A stretch of DNA of 62,517 bases from a virus (taxonomy: Duplodnaviria > Caudoviricetes). How positions within the stretch are numbered: position 1 is the stretch's first letter; each line of letters opens with the position of its first letter. Shown here one piece after another: positions 1 through 8,833 of this stretch. The stretch lies in the IMG/VR virus record IMGVR_UViG_3300044797_000113, positions 1 to 62,517 of that record, one strand, 5' to 3'. The position numbers and the translations under genes are program-made. A model generated the notes under the pieces. That model was not told where the DNA came from. It searched no databases and worked only from the letters and a program-made list of their open reading frames with translations.

Positions 1-127
1 CGGCCTCGGCGCGTTCGGCGCGGGCTTGGGCGGCGGCAAGTTCGTCCATCGTCTTCTTGCGGTCACTCAGTTCCTCGCGCCAGCCGGGAATGAACACATC
101 TAGTTCGGTGTCGCCAAATCCTCCACG
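1..127. repeat. 127-bp direct terminal repeat (identical to 62391-62517), circular-assembly overlap
   Basis: The first 127 nt match the last 127 nt exactly. 127 is a common assembler k-mer, and an ORF runs in frame through the join. Confidence 0.95.
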
Positions 128-559
128 GCACCACCCCTCAATCAAGGCGGGTTGTGCGCCGAACCTTTTGCAGTACGCATCATAGGCCCGCAGGTGCATT
201 TCCCAAGGGATGCCGGGTCCGTATCCCTGAACCGGAGCCATGCGCTGTTCCTTTGGCTTCTTCAGCGACGCCAGTTCCTCCCTCGCCCTTTTCAGGTCGG
301 AGGTGAGGGAGGCGGTGGCGCGGTCGATGGCGCATTGGATGATCTTGCCCACCGGAATTGCCGTTTTGCTGTTGTTGTCGATGGCGAGGCACAGTTTGTC
401 GGCTATCTCGATCACGGCGAGTTGAGCGGCGTCGCAGACCTTTGAGGGCGCCTCGTTCTGCGCGGTTGCCCCGGCGCGAGGGTCGGACTCTTTGCCGGGG
501 CTGCTCTGGCCCGGTGGGTTCGGTTGGATCGGATTGAACGGGTCTATTGCGGGCTGCAT
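1..559 (-). CDS. Hypothetical phage protein, 5' part (continues across the join to 62176; about 257 aa)
   Basis: ATG at 559 with GGAGG upstream. The frame (MQPAIDPF...APVQGYGPGIPWEMHLRAYDAY...RGGFGDTELDVFIPGWREEL) runs off the left edge and is in frame with ORF 62176..62487. Confidence 0.75.
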   Translation of the reverse strand, partial: MQPAIDPFNPIQPNPPGQSSPGKESDPRAGATAQNEAPSKVCDAAQLAVIEIADKLCLAIDNNSKTAIPVGKIIQCAIDRATASLTSDLKRAREELASLKKPKEQRMAPVQGYGPGIPWEMHLRAYDAYCKRFGAQPALIEGWCRGGFGDTELDVFIPGWREELSDRKKTMDELAAAQARAERAEA

Positions 560-1072
560 TACATCACCTCCTTTCGGTGAAAGTGCGCGAGGTTCGGGGG
601 ATGGGGTGGGGGTGGTGTCGGTGGTTATGGAGAAATTGTGCCGGTCTTTCCCGGCTGTCACCTTTGAACAGGCTTTTGCGTTGGGTTCGCGCATTTTCGG
701 ATGCTTACCTGCTTACGCCCCGTGCCTTCCCATCGTGTTGCGGGGATCGTTCTGCCGAGTCCGGGCGATACGTGAATACCGCCTAAGCCGATGGTGCGAG
801 AAAGTGTTGATTGGTTCCGTCCTCCCCTCCTTGTCGTTGGGCGGGGTCATGGCTTGTCCCTTTGTTTTGCGGCTGCTTTGCGAAATGCGATCAGTTCCCA
901 CGCTTTGAAGCGATCGATTGGGCGGCTATGCTGTCGGCACACGGCTATCTCTTGGCCGAAATGCGTGGTGACAAACACAACCGCCTTCTTGTCGCAAGGC
1001 TCCAAGGGGGAGATAATTCCATGCTGGCAACGGCTCATCCTTCGTCCTTTCCTTGGGTTGGCGGGGTGGCTG

Positions 1073-1567
1073 TTACGGGAGTTTTATTGGGAATCTGAAC
1101 CGCGAGAAAACCTGCGGCCATTGTTCCTTCGCGGCTTGAAGCAACTGTTCCGCCGTAACTTCTGCTTCAACCAAGAAAACGCTGTGAGAGCCGGGACGAC
1201 TGTCTACGGTTCTGTCGGACCATCCGATAGCGGTCCATCCTTCGCGCCGCGATAGCATCGCCACGCCCTGTTGGTCTTGGGGGTCTAACGCCCCATCCAA
1301 AGAGTTGCCCCAAGGGGTAGAATCATACCGTCGTTGCGGGTTGAGCTTGTCGTGTAGGTAATGACCCGAGCCGCCAATGCAGCCAAAATAAAGGACGTTC
1401 GCGTTGACGATAAACGCAGGCTTCTTGAGCGCGGCAATCTCTGCGTCCCTCTCGCTTAGGGCGGTGAGGAGGTCGGAAACGTCCGCACTCCATACGTTGT
1501 GCGGCATCCTTGACCGAATCTCCGCGATGCGTTCCGCCGACACGCTGGGCTGGGGGTGGGTGCTCAT
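1073..1567 (-). CDS. Hypothetical phage protein
   Basis: ATG overlaps the upstream stop (ATGA); globular C-terminal domain (LYFGC...GHYLH...DRTVDSRPGSHSVF). Confidence 0.65.
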   Translation of the reverse strand: MSTHPQPSVSAERIAEIRSRMPHNVWSADVSDLLTALSERDAEIAALKKPAFIVNANVLYFGCIGGSGHYLHDKLNPQRRYDSTPWGNSLDGALDPQDQQGVAMLSRREGWTAIGWSDRTVDSRPGSHSVFLVEAEVTAEQLLQAAKEQWPQVFSRFRFPIKLP

Positions 1568-2463
1568 ACGCCGCACATCCCTTCGCACTCGTTGCCGAAT
1601 CCGGCAAGCATCCCCTGGCCGCGCTCCGTGTCGGTGGAGAGGTCAACTTGGTCGAGGGGGACGCAGGATCGGTGAACGTAGCACTTGGCGCGGACCTTGT
1701 TTATCCCGGTGCGGATCGCCCGGTCGAACTCCACGGCCTGCTGCCATGCGCTCGGGCCAGCCGAACGGTCCCCGTCTCGAATGGATTTGTCGTGCTCATA
1801 TTTCATCTTCCTCCATGTGGCGTTTGAGTGATGCGGGCAATAGACGCAGGCCGAACGTGGCGGCGTTTCAAATCCGGCCCTCTCAATCCATCGCAAGCAA
1901 TCGTGGCGCGTCAGCTCCATTTCAATGAGCGGGAAGCGGTGGGTGCTATATTTCACCCTGCTGGACTTCATGCGCTGTACTTCATCTAGGCTTATCCCAA
2001 TCCACTGAATAACCGCTTTGGCCTTTGCCTCTCTCATTACCCGCCTAACCTCCCGCTGAATGGGAGCCACCTTGAAATCCCGCGTACAGTCTCGGGTTAG
2101 TATTCCTTCCGGCCCGATATGCGCTGGAACTTCGTAGGGCTCGTCTCCATTGTCGGGCTCGACAATATGCGCTGGAACGGGCTGTGGCTCCGTGAACAAC
2201 GGAGGCTTGCTAACCCTCCGTTGTTCACGGATGGCCTTGAAGATGTGACCGGACAGGCTCCCCGCCGTCACCCTATGCACTGGGAACGGCAACTGCTTTT
2301 CCAGCCAGTCTAGCCAGCGATAGACCGAGGCCGGTTCATCCTGCGTATCCGCGAAGATTGCGCAATGCGGCATGGGCGTGATCTCGCCCGCAGCGGCCAT
2401 GAGAGCCATCGTGGAGGATTGGACCCCGGCCCCAAGGCTGATGATGTGCAGTGGTTCGCTCAT
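1564..2463 (-). CDS. PAPS-reductase-like / adenine-nucleotide alpha-hydrolase family phage protein
   Basis: PP-loop-like ISLGAGVQS, IFADT, CTRDFK, WIGISLDE, RFPLI, PPRSACVYCP and C-terminal ECEGMC. Confidence 0.8.
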   Translation of the reverse strand: MSEPLHIISLGAGVQSSTMALMAAAGEITPMPHCAIFADTQDEPASVYRWLDWLEKQLPFPVHRVTAGSLSGHIFKAIREQRRVSKPPLFTEPQPVPAHIVEPDNGDEPYEVPAHIGPEGILTRDCTRDFKVAPIQREVRRVMREAKAKAVIQWIGISLDEVQRMKSSRVKYSTHRFPLIEMELTRHDCLRWIERAGFETPPRSACVYCPHHSNATWRKMKYEHDKSIRDGDRSAGPSAWQQAVEFDRAIRTGINKVRAKCYVHRSCVPLDQVDLSTDTERGQGMLAGFGNECEGMCGV

Positions 2464-2464
2464 G

Positions 2465-2878
2465 CTATCGTCCCTCCTCATCCCCCGGTGACGCGGGGCT
2501 CCCGTCGCGGGGGGCGTGCGCGGCGCGGAGCGCGAGGCAGATTGCCCTTGGGAGCGTCGTGGCGCGTCCACTGAACCTATCTTCGCTGATATTCTCCCCG
2601 TCCTCCATGACTGTGTTCACACCGATGCTGCAAAAGTATTCGTCGCTGAAAGCAGACCGCCCCATGTTGAATTGCCAGTTATCCTGCTTAGCAAGCAGCG
2701 CGATCCCCGCGTCGGCGCAGTGCAGGTAGTCGGGGATTTGGCAACGAGGGCCGCCCAAAGGATGGGCTCCCACTGGCCTCCCGGTGCCATAATCGACAAT
2801 CTCCTGCCACCCATCAAACGCAGCCACCGCCGCGTTCAGTTCGGCATCCGTCATCTTGGAATAATCGGGGGGGCTCAT
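2465..2878 (-). CDS. NinX / phage ABA-sandwich-like protein
   Basis: MTDAELNAAVA...PDYL...AICLAAL pattern; translationally coupled start. Confidence 0.55.
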   Translation of the reverse strand: MSPPDYSKMTDAELNAAVAAFDGWQEIVDYGTGRPVGAHPLGGPRCQIPDYLHCADAGIALLAKQDNWQFNMGRSAFSDEYFCSIGVNTVMEDGENISEDRFSGRATTLPRAICLALRAAHAPRDGSPASPGDEEGR

Positions 2879-3774
2879 GGCTGCTTCAGTCGATCCAGCT
2901 TCTGCTTGTTGAGGAGTAGATTCCGCTCGCAATCGGCCACGGATTTCTCTGCTTGGGCTAACGCGGTTTCTTTAATCCATGCCGTTATCGGCTCGGGAAC
3001 TGGAATCTTATGTGAGACGCAGAACGTCGCCATTCTCTCAAGTCCGCTGTGGTAGTTTCCCCTTTCCAATGCTGTTGAGAAATAGGCTTGGGCGAGTTTG
3101 GCCGCCTCCGCAACCGCCTCCTCATAAGAGCAGCAGGGTATGCAGTCGGGTGACGATCCAGACCCGTCGTGATACTCGGAGAGCTTCCAGTCTAGAGCGT
3201 CAGGCTTGTTCCAACTCACAGTCATTGATAATTTAAGCAGGCGAAACTCCTTTGAATATCCTGATCTGGTCTTGGCCTCCTTAACCTCGATGATGGATAG
3301 ATGCTCGTATTCAACTTGAACAAAGTGGGTGATCTTCCCTTGGAGAAAGAGGTCCAACATCTTTAGCTTGTCGTGAGCCATTACGCGCTCTTTGCGCTCT
3401 CGGATTTCTTTTTCGACAGCGGCCTGATCCTCGCGGGCTTTTTGCGTCTTGGCCTGCAACTCGCCTATCTGCTTAGTAAGAGCCGCAACCTCGTCATGCA
3501 GGACCGCGACAGGCGGCGACAGAAAGTATTCGTGCCAAGTTGCCACCGCTTCGAATGTCTCCACGTCACCGCCGTCTTCATCGTAACAGGGAACCATTAT
3601 CGCCGGGTGGACGTAATGCACCTTCCCATCAGCCGATGAAGTTGCGTATTTCGCTTTTTCTCCCGCTCGGTTATACACGAGCGTTCCGGGCTTTGGTTGT
3701 ATTTTTATTTTGCTGGAATGTCGTAGTAGTCGCTCATCCGCATCGCCCCTCCCTGCGTGGTCAGGCGCGCTCAT
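2875..3774 (-). CDS. Hypothetical phage protein with central coiled coil
   Basis: 299-aa ORF with ATGA coupling at both ends. Confidence 0.7.
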   Translation of the reverse strand: MSAPDHAGRGDADERLLRHSSKIKIQPKPGTLVYNRAGEKAKYATSSADGKVHYVHPAIMVPCYDEDGGDVETFEAVATWHEYFLSPPVAVLHDEVAALTKQIGELQAKTQKAREDQAAVEKEIRERKERVMAHDKLKMLDLFLQGKITHFVQVEYEHLSIIEVKEAKTRSGYSKEFRLLKLSMTVSWNKPDALDWKLSEYHDGSGSSPDCIPCCSYEEAVAEAAKLAQAYFSTALERGNYHSGLERMATFCVSHKIPVPEPITAWIKETALAQAEKSVADCERNLLLNKQKLDRLKQP

Positions 3775-4442
3775 GGGCGTATCCTCCGAAACGTGATGGC
3801 CCACACCCAAGGGTTGACCGCCCAGCCGAAGCCGCGCTTGGCGTTGATCGAGTCCCAGAGTATTTCGTATGGGCGACGATACATCCTTCCATCTACGACG
3901 CTGGGCCGGTGGCCCTCTACCCCCTCCGCAATCGCGTCCTCCTCGCTGATCTCCTGCACCCGCTGCACCCGCACCTCCGTAACCTCAAGCTGGATGCGGG
4001 AGGCGGCACGCGGCATGAAGATCGAGGGCGTCCATTTGCCGTCGTCGGAAGGACATCCGATCCATCCATCGTCGCGGAAAGCAATTTTGTCGCCGTCTTT
4101 GCAGAACGTCTCCTTCACCCAAAGCTGGTCGCCGGCAACCCCGTAGGGGCAGAACACACGGTTGACTCGGCCATCCGGTCCATCTGCGGGATGCTCGCAG
4201 GGCACCTTCAGGTATGGACCCGGACCCCAAATATCGGTGCCTCCTGGATCTATCCACGCTTTCGAGAAATCAGGAACCAGGGGTTTGAGCGACCACTTCA
4301 CCACCCTCCGCGTCTGCGTCTTTCGACCGTCCAGAATGGCCCGGACCATCGGCCCGCTGAAAAGGATCGGTCGCTCACGAATATGTGCAGGCACGCTCAT
4401 GGGCGGGGCTCCTCTCTCTCGGGCGTTGTCGGGGGTGGTCAT
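3771..4442 (-). CDS. ASCH/PUA-like phage protein (ERPILFSGPMVRAILDGRKTQTRR family)
   Basis: Family motifs GRKTQTRR, CPYG..GDQLWVKET, WTPSIFMPRAASRI and NPWVW. Confidence 0.85.
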   Translation of the reverse strand: MTTPDNARERGAPPMSVPAHIRERPILFSGPMVRAILDGRKTQTRRVVKWSLKPLVPDFSKAWIDPGGTDIWGPGPYLKVPCEHPADGPDGRVNRVFCPYGVAGDQLWVKETFCKDGDKIAFRDDGWIGCPSDDGKWTPSIFMPRAASRIQLEVTEVRVQRVQEISEEDAIAEGVEGHRPSVVDGRMYRRPYEILWDSINAKRGFGWAVNPWVWAITFRRIRP

Positions 4443-4678
4443 GGCTGCGACGATTTGCTGACCTTGCGCTGCTCGCGGGTGAGCTTCTGCCGTGGAATCG
4501 GTCGGAAGCAGCATACTCCTCCGTCGATGGTTGGAATGTACTCGATTTCAAGGGAGGCAATCGCTTCATCGCGCACGTCCTGAACCTCCACGCTGAGAGC
4601 CGCTGCGCACTCACGCAGGGAACGATGCCCGTTCCAGCCGCCTTGATGTTCGGCAAGATACCGGGTCAACGCGCTCAT
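4439..4678 (-). CDS. Small hypothetical protein
   Basis: ATGA-coupled to both neighbours. Confidence 0.5.
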   Translation of the reverse strand: MSALTRYLAEHQGGWNGHRSLRECAAALSVEVQDVRDEAIASLEIEYIPTIDGGVCCFRPIPRQKLTREQRKVSKSSQP

Positions 4679-5010
4679 TTCCCCCTCCCTCCGATGATGC
4701 CGAGGCTGCGCAGGACGGCCCGGGCCTGTGCCTTGAATCCTCCGTTGTGGCCGTAGTTCGACGGATTCTCCAGTATCGCCTCCGCCACCTGCTCGACCAG
4801 CGCTGCCTCGTCGGATACGTCGAGCACGGCGACGCGGCGAACCCGATTAGGGTCTTTCCAAATGAAGCCGGCGGCGCTCATCTCAGCCAACTCCCTATCG
4901 CCCGTGACGGAGAACGTGCGTTCCTTGGCTCCAGCGTGGTAGCCCCAAACGCGCCTCGCCCTGACCGCCTTCGGGCGCGATGGGCTGCGGGGGGTGGCGG
5001 GTGTGCTCAT
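4675..5010 (-). CDS. Hypothetical protein
   Basis: Start at MSTPATP is coupled to the upstream stop. Confidence 0.5.
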   Translation of the reverse strand: MSTPATPRSPSRPKAVRARRVWGYHAGAKERTFSVTGDRELAEMSAAGFIWKDPNRVRRVAVLDVSDEAALVEQVAEAILENPSNYGHNGGFKAQARAVLRSLGIIGGRGK

Positions 5011-5243
5011 GTTGAAATCGCTCCCGCGGACCTCGCCGCAAGTTCCTTCTCTGCTGCATCCTTCATCCGTTCCTTGATTGCTTCCAGGTCGCCGTGAGGG
5101 AACACGGTCGCATCCCGGACCGATTGAATCATCCGGAGCTCGGAGTACGGCACGCCAGGATAGAGCGTCGCCGCATAATCCAAGAGATCCCGGACGCGGT
5201 CCTGGGTGTCGCAACGGGCGGAGGGTTCGGGGAGGGTTGTCAT
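5007..5243 (-). CDS. Small hypothetical protein
   Basis: Part of the tightly packed minus-strand array. Confidence 0.5.
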   Translation of the reverse strand: MTTLPEPSARCDTQDRVRDLLDYAATLYPGVPYSELRMIQSVRDATVFPHGDLEAIKERMKDAAEKELAARSAGAIST

Positions 5244-5245
5244 GG

Positions 5246-5467
5246 TTAATAAAGGCAGAACAGTTCAACATGCTCCCATTTTTCAATAGCCTTCAATACC
5301 TCGTCAGCTCCTTTAACGCCGCCGGCTTTCAACCCGCGAAACAGAGGAACGTCTGACTCGTCGAATATACGGTCGATTCGCTCCTGGGCTCTCTCCAAGG
5401 CATAGCGTAGTTCATCCGGCAATGTTGTGCCGCGGTCAGCCGGCCGCATTTTAAGTGTGGCGCTCAT
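5246..5467 (-). CDS. Small hypothetical protein
   Basis: Part of the tightly packed minus-strand array. Confidence 0.5.
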   Translation of the reverse strand: MSATLKMRPADRGTTLPDELRYALERAQERIDRIFDESDVPLFRGLKAGGVKGADEVLKAIEKWEHVELFCLY

Positions 5468-5997
5468 TTAGCTGTGATCCCGAGATACTTGTCCGCAAGG
5501 GCGATTGCTTTTTCATGTCGAGACCAAGTTTGGTCGGATACCTGCGCGTATTCCTTTAGCCAGTCGGCCATTGTCCTGAGATCGTCCCGGGACACCCAAA
5601 CGCAGTCCGGATTCGCCAATGATTTTTCCGGCCCATCAACCTGTTTGCCTGCCGTCGGCGTATGCAAACGGGCGGCAAGCATGGCGTCGGCCTGCTGGTA
5701 AGACCATTCGGCGGCCGTCTGCGGAGACCCGCCAAACCGCACGGCCCCTACTGCAAGCGCCGCCATCGCGAAACGGTCGCGAAGGTCGGCGTCATTCAGC
5801 TGTTCGTTGATCGCTTTGGTCCTGCTGAATAGATCATTCCAGCTGTCGACGATGTATTGCGCCCGGCTTTCAGGCATCGGCGGCTCAAAAGCATAATCCT
5901 GGCCGCGGTAGGTGAGCACGTAACGCTCTATAACAGCGCCTGTCGCGTCTCGGGCTTCTATCTTACGATGCGCCCAGGGTCTTTCGTTCGTCGGCAT
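5464..5997 (-). CDS. Hypothetical phage protein (LRDxFAMAAL...ADAMLAAR motif)
   Basis: Contains the widespread phage motif DLRDRFAMAAL...SYQQADAMLAAR. Confidence 0.7.
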   Translation of the reverse strand: MPTNERPWAHRKIEARDATGAVIERYVLTYRGQDYAFEPPMPESRAQYIVDSWNDLFSRTKAINEQLNDADLRDRFAMAALAVGAVRFGGSPQTAAEWSYQQADAMLAARLHTPTAGKQVDGPEKSLANPDCVWVSRDDLRTMADWLKEYAQVSDQTWSRHEKAIALADKYLGITAK

Positions 5998-6040
5998 GGG
6001 TGTCAGTTTGGGCCCGGTCGCTGTCCCGGGCCCGGGTTGG

Positions 6041-6499
6041 TTAGGTGGTCACAGGATCCTTGAAGTGCGCGTCGTTAGCCGCGTAAATCTTTGTCAGGAT
6101 GGTTTCGCCGTCTTTGTCGGGCTGGAAATACGGGTGTGTCCGGATTGCGTCGAGCATCAGAATCAGGCCCTTTTCAGCCAAGTTACCGCTGGGAATGTGG
6201 CGGATCTCGGTTGCCCCCTCTCCGCGCTTCACGATGAAAACACCGTTGTCACCGTTGTCTGTGTTGAGATTTGCCAGGCTCTCAACGCCAACGGAGCAAG
6301 TTCCGCCGAAGAAGTTGGCGATTAGTTGCGCGACTCTTGCGACCTGGTAGGCGTTGTGGTTATTTCCTCGGATCTTGTAATGGTCCGCGGCGTCCATGAA
6401 CGCAACAACGCTCTCTGGACCTCCGTTCCAATGCAGGTAGATGCCGACCGAATTATCGGTGGGCTTCTCGTCGAATGTAATGACTGCTCTGTTTCCCAT
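6041..6499 (-). CDS. Conserved phage hypothetical protein (MGNRA...YLHWNGG)
   Basis: MGNRAVI, GIYLHWNGG and DNGVF motifs; AGGAG upstream. Confidence 0.75.
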   Translation of the reverse strand: MGNRAVITFDEKPTDNSVGIYLHWNGGPESVVAFMDAADHYKIRGNNHNAYQVARVAQLIANFFGGTCSVGVESLANLNTDNGDNGVFIVKRGEGATEIRHIPSGNLAEKGLILMLDAIRTHPYFQPDKDGETILTKIYAANDAHFKDPVTT

Positions 6500-7099
6500 G
6501 GGGTGATCTCCTGTTGTGGTTTTCTTTCGCCGGCTGGTTTTTCCGGCGTCTTAAAATAGGTTCATCTGTCCGGCGCTCGGGACGCATTCAAGCTGCGTTT
6601 CGTGCTCCTGGCGGATCAGCGGTTCCCTCATCCCAACTGCGAGCTGCAGGCGCGCGGCTTCTCGGGTCTCCCATGCAACCGCCGATGAGTCGCGCAACGT
6701 CTCGAGGATCCGCCTATCGGTCTGGCTGGCGATTGTCTGCGCGGTGTTCACTGCTTCTCCTCCCAAATTCTCCGGATCCAGTCCGGCACACTCGAAGCTG
6801 GCGCCTCAAATTTCCCGTAGCACGTCCGCGCGGGCCCGGAGATAATCCGGATCGCGACAATAAACGGGTGAATCTTCACGGCCCGGGTTGTCATGCGTAG
6901 ACGCTCCGCAGTTCGTCCACCTCTTCGCGGTCGTCTTTCTCGGCCTGCCTCTCGTCCGCGCAGTCCGGGCAAATACGCTCCAGGCCGTCCGGGATCAGGG
7001 AAACAATCGGAAACAGAAACCCACAGCAGCCGCATTCTGCCTCCACGGGTGAGCGCGGATGGATCAGCGGTGCCGTAATTCGGCTGATGGCGTCGACGT

Positions 7100-7339
7100 T
7101 CATGCCGCGCCCTCCTTCGCCGGTCCCGTCCAAATCAGTTCATGGGCGCGCTCCTCAAGCACTCCGGCGCCCTTCAAAATGTCCAAAATCTTCGTGAATG
7201 TCGGCAAGTCGACGCTGCCGCAGATCCTGGCGTAAAACTCTCCGGCCGGAACCCGGCCAAGTTCGCGGATCGCTTCGGCGACGGCCAGCGTTGCGCCGAC
7301 TGCAGCCCGGATCTGTGTGGGGGTGATCTGTGGGTTCAT
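7100..7339 (-). CDS. Small hypothetical protein, possibly winged-helix-like
   Basis: 79 aa with a helical pattern; coupled to the downstream ORF. Confidence 0.5.
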   Translation of the reverse strand: MNPQITPTQIRAAVGATLAVAEAIRELGRVPAGEFYARICGSVDLPTFTKILDILKGAGVLEERAHELIWTGPAKEGAA

Positions 7340-7410
7340 GGGTGAAATTTCGCGGCTGGCGGTGCTCCTCGCACTTGCGGCGCCAGTCCTACGATGGAAG
7401 TTGTAATGTG

Positions 7411-7923
7411 TCAGCTGGACTCGGGGTGGGGTAAAGTCGGGTAGTGCTTCTTGACGATTTCAGCGCAGAGTTTCAGCACACGCTCGCGATCGTCGGCGGC
7501 GACGGCGACGGCGATGGCGGCGAGGGCGGCGGCGTCGGCGGCGAGGGCGGCGTCGGCGGCGAGGGCGGCGTAGGCGGCGTAGGCGGCGGCGGCTCTTGCT
7601 TTTCGCACCTCATCAATCCCAACCTCACCGCGAGTCCATGCCTCCGTTGTATCGAGGCAGACCCGCACGCGCTTGTCGTTGGGAAACTGCTTTTCGAAGA
7701 TGGGCAGGGCAAGCCTCGCGCACTCGACCGCGCAGAGGACAACCTTCTTGCGGGCCTTGGTGGTCGGTCCACCGGATACGCGGGCGGCGTACCATAGGAG
7801 CCAGCTCGGATCATCACAGGAGATCCACGCGCTTTCGAGGTCCGGGAACTTGCCAGCCGTGACCCAATCGCGGGCGGACGGGCACGAGCCGATTTCGGAA
7901 AGACAGGAGATTGGCGTGCTCAC
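7411..7923 (-). CDS. Imm5-like protein with Ala-rich repeat tail
   Basis: WLLW...CAVECARLALPIFEK..PNDKRVR...AAAAYAAYAA pattern. Confidence 0.65.
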   Translation of the reverse strand: MSTPISCLSEIGSCPSARDWVTAGKFPDLESAWISCDDPSWLLWYAARVSGGPTTKARKKVVLCAVECARLALPIFEKQFPNDKRVRVCLDTTEAWTRGEVGIDEVRKARAAAAYAAYAALAADAALAADAAALAAIAVAVAADDRERVLKLCAEIVKKHYPTLPHPESS

Positions 7924-8315
7924 GACGCCCTCCCTTCGGCGCGGGTGAGCGCCCGCACTGCTTCCTGTGCCGCGTCAAAGCGGGCGACCCTGCGGGGATC
8001 CCGTGTGTCGTAGGCCACGCTGGCCTCAGCGAGGCGTAACTCCCATCGAGCCATACGGAGCGTCTCCCGCCTCTCCGTCTCAGTCTCACCATCAGCCACG
8101 GAGTTGCCGGCGTGGTCGAAAATCTCCCACTTACCGACCGCCGCCCCTGGAGCCATGCCCCAGTCGGTGGTCTCTCCGTTAAAGTTCCGGCGGATCCGCT
8201 TCCGCAGCCGGCGCAGGTTGGTGTCCTCGGCGGTCGCTGACGAGCCATCAGTCCAATCGACTGTGGCGAGGTACTTGTGCGCTACCGGCGCACTCGGTTG
8301 TGTCTGTGCGAACAT
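7920..8315 (-). CDS. Hypothetical protein
   Basis: ORF directly downstream of tandem palindromes; start uncertain. Confidence 0.5.
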   Translation of the reverse strand: MFAQTQPSAPVAHKYLATVDWTDGSSATAEDTNLRRLRKRIRRNFNGETTDWGMAPGAAVGKWEIFDHAGNSVADGETETERRETLRMARWELRLAEASVAYDTRDPRRVARFDAAQEAVRALTRAEGRAS

Positions 8316-8359
8316 CGTAGGTTTTTGCCAGGGCCTAATTGCCCGGCGCAAACACCCTA

Positions 8360-8398
8360 CGGCAACCGCTTGCCGAAACTCAATCGCAATCGCTTGCG
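8360..8398. promoter_or_regulatory. Two tandem palindromic operator-like sites GCAA(C/T)CGCTTGC
   Basis: cggcaaccgcttgccg at 8360-8375 and cgcaatcgcttgcg at 8385-8398, in an intergenic gap. Confidence 0.55.
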
Positions 8399-8413
8399 GT
8401 TACTCGACGAACC

Positions 8414-8620
8414 TTATACCCCAACACCTTGCGCGTTTCTTTCCTTCGCCGCCCTCTCTCGATTCGCCGCAATACGGGCCGCAACTCCCAGCCTTGAAAT
8501 CCGCTTGTAGTGCGCCGGTATCCGTCTTTTTGATACGCCTTTCACTCGTCCTCCGAGCCTTCCAAGTTCGACGGCGGCCGGGTTCTTTTCGTGAGTTATT
8601 TCCTGGGCTGAATCGCTCAT
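8414..8620 (-). CDS. Small basic protein with KNPAAVxLGRLGG motif (probable DNA-binding)
   Basis: KNPAAVELGRLGGRVKG motif; TTGACG about 35 nt upstream of the ATG. Confidence 0.6.
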   Translation of the reverse strand: MSDSAQEITHEKNPAAVELGRLGGRVKGVSKRRIPAHYKRISRLGVAARIAANRERAAKERNAQGVGV

Positions 8621-8741
8621 CCCGCAAACGCTGGCCGTCCCACGTGGAACGTCAAGCGCCCAATCCGTCAACCCTTCTATCGGCCATCCATCCCAGGCAT
8701 CAATCCACCGAGACTCATTCCAGACAGGCATCAATCCATCC

Positions 8742-8811
8742 ATTCACTTTACCGTCAAGTAACCCTCCGGTACTCTCGACACTTGACAGTCAAGTGAATC
8801 GTTACCATATC
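8742..8811. promoter_or_regulatory. Divergent sigma70-like promoter pair inside 19-bp inverted repeats
   Basis: Plus strand TTGACA 8783-8788, 17-nt spacer, CATATC. Minus strand TTGACG within 8742-8760. Palindrome cacttgac-a-gtcaagtg at 8780-8796. Confidence 0.6.
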
Positions 8812-8833
8812 GTGATTCACGCCCCCTAAAATT

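Noticed and set aside
2117-2180. 14-bp direct repeat ATATGCGCTGGAAC
   Set aside because: A small in-frame duplication (VPAHI twice) in a loop of the PAPS-reductase-like gene.
7490-7595. Tandem GGCGGCG repeats as CRISPR, VNTR or DGR target
   Set aside because: They encode the Ala-rich tail of the Imm5-like protein; there are no spacers and no reverse transcriptase.
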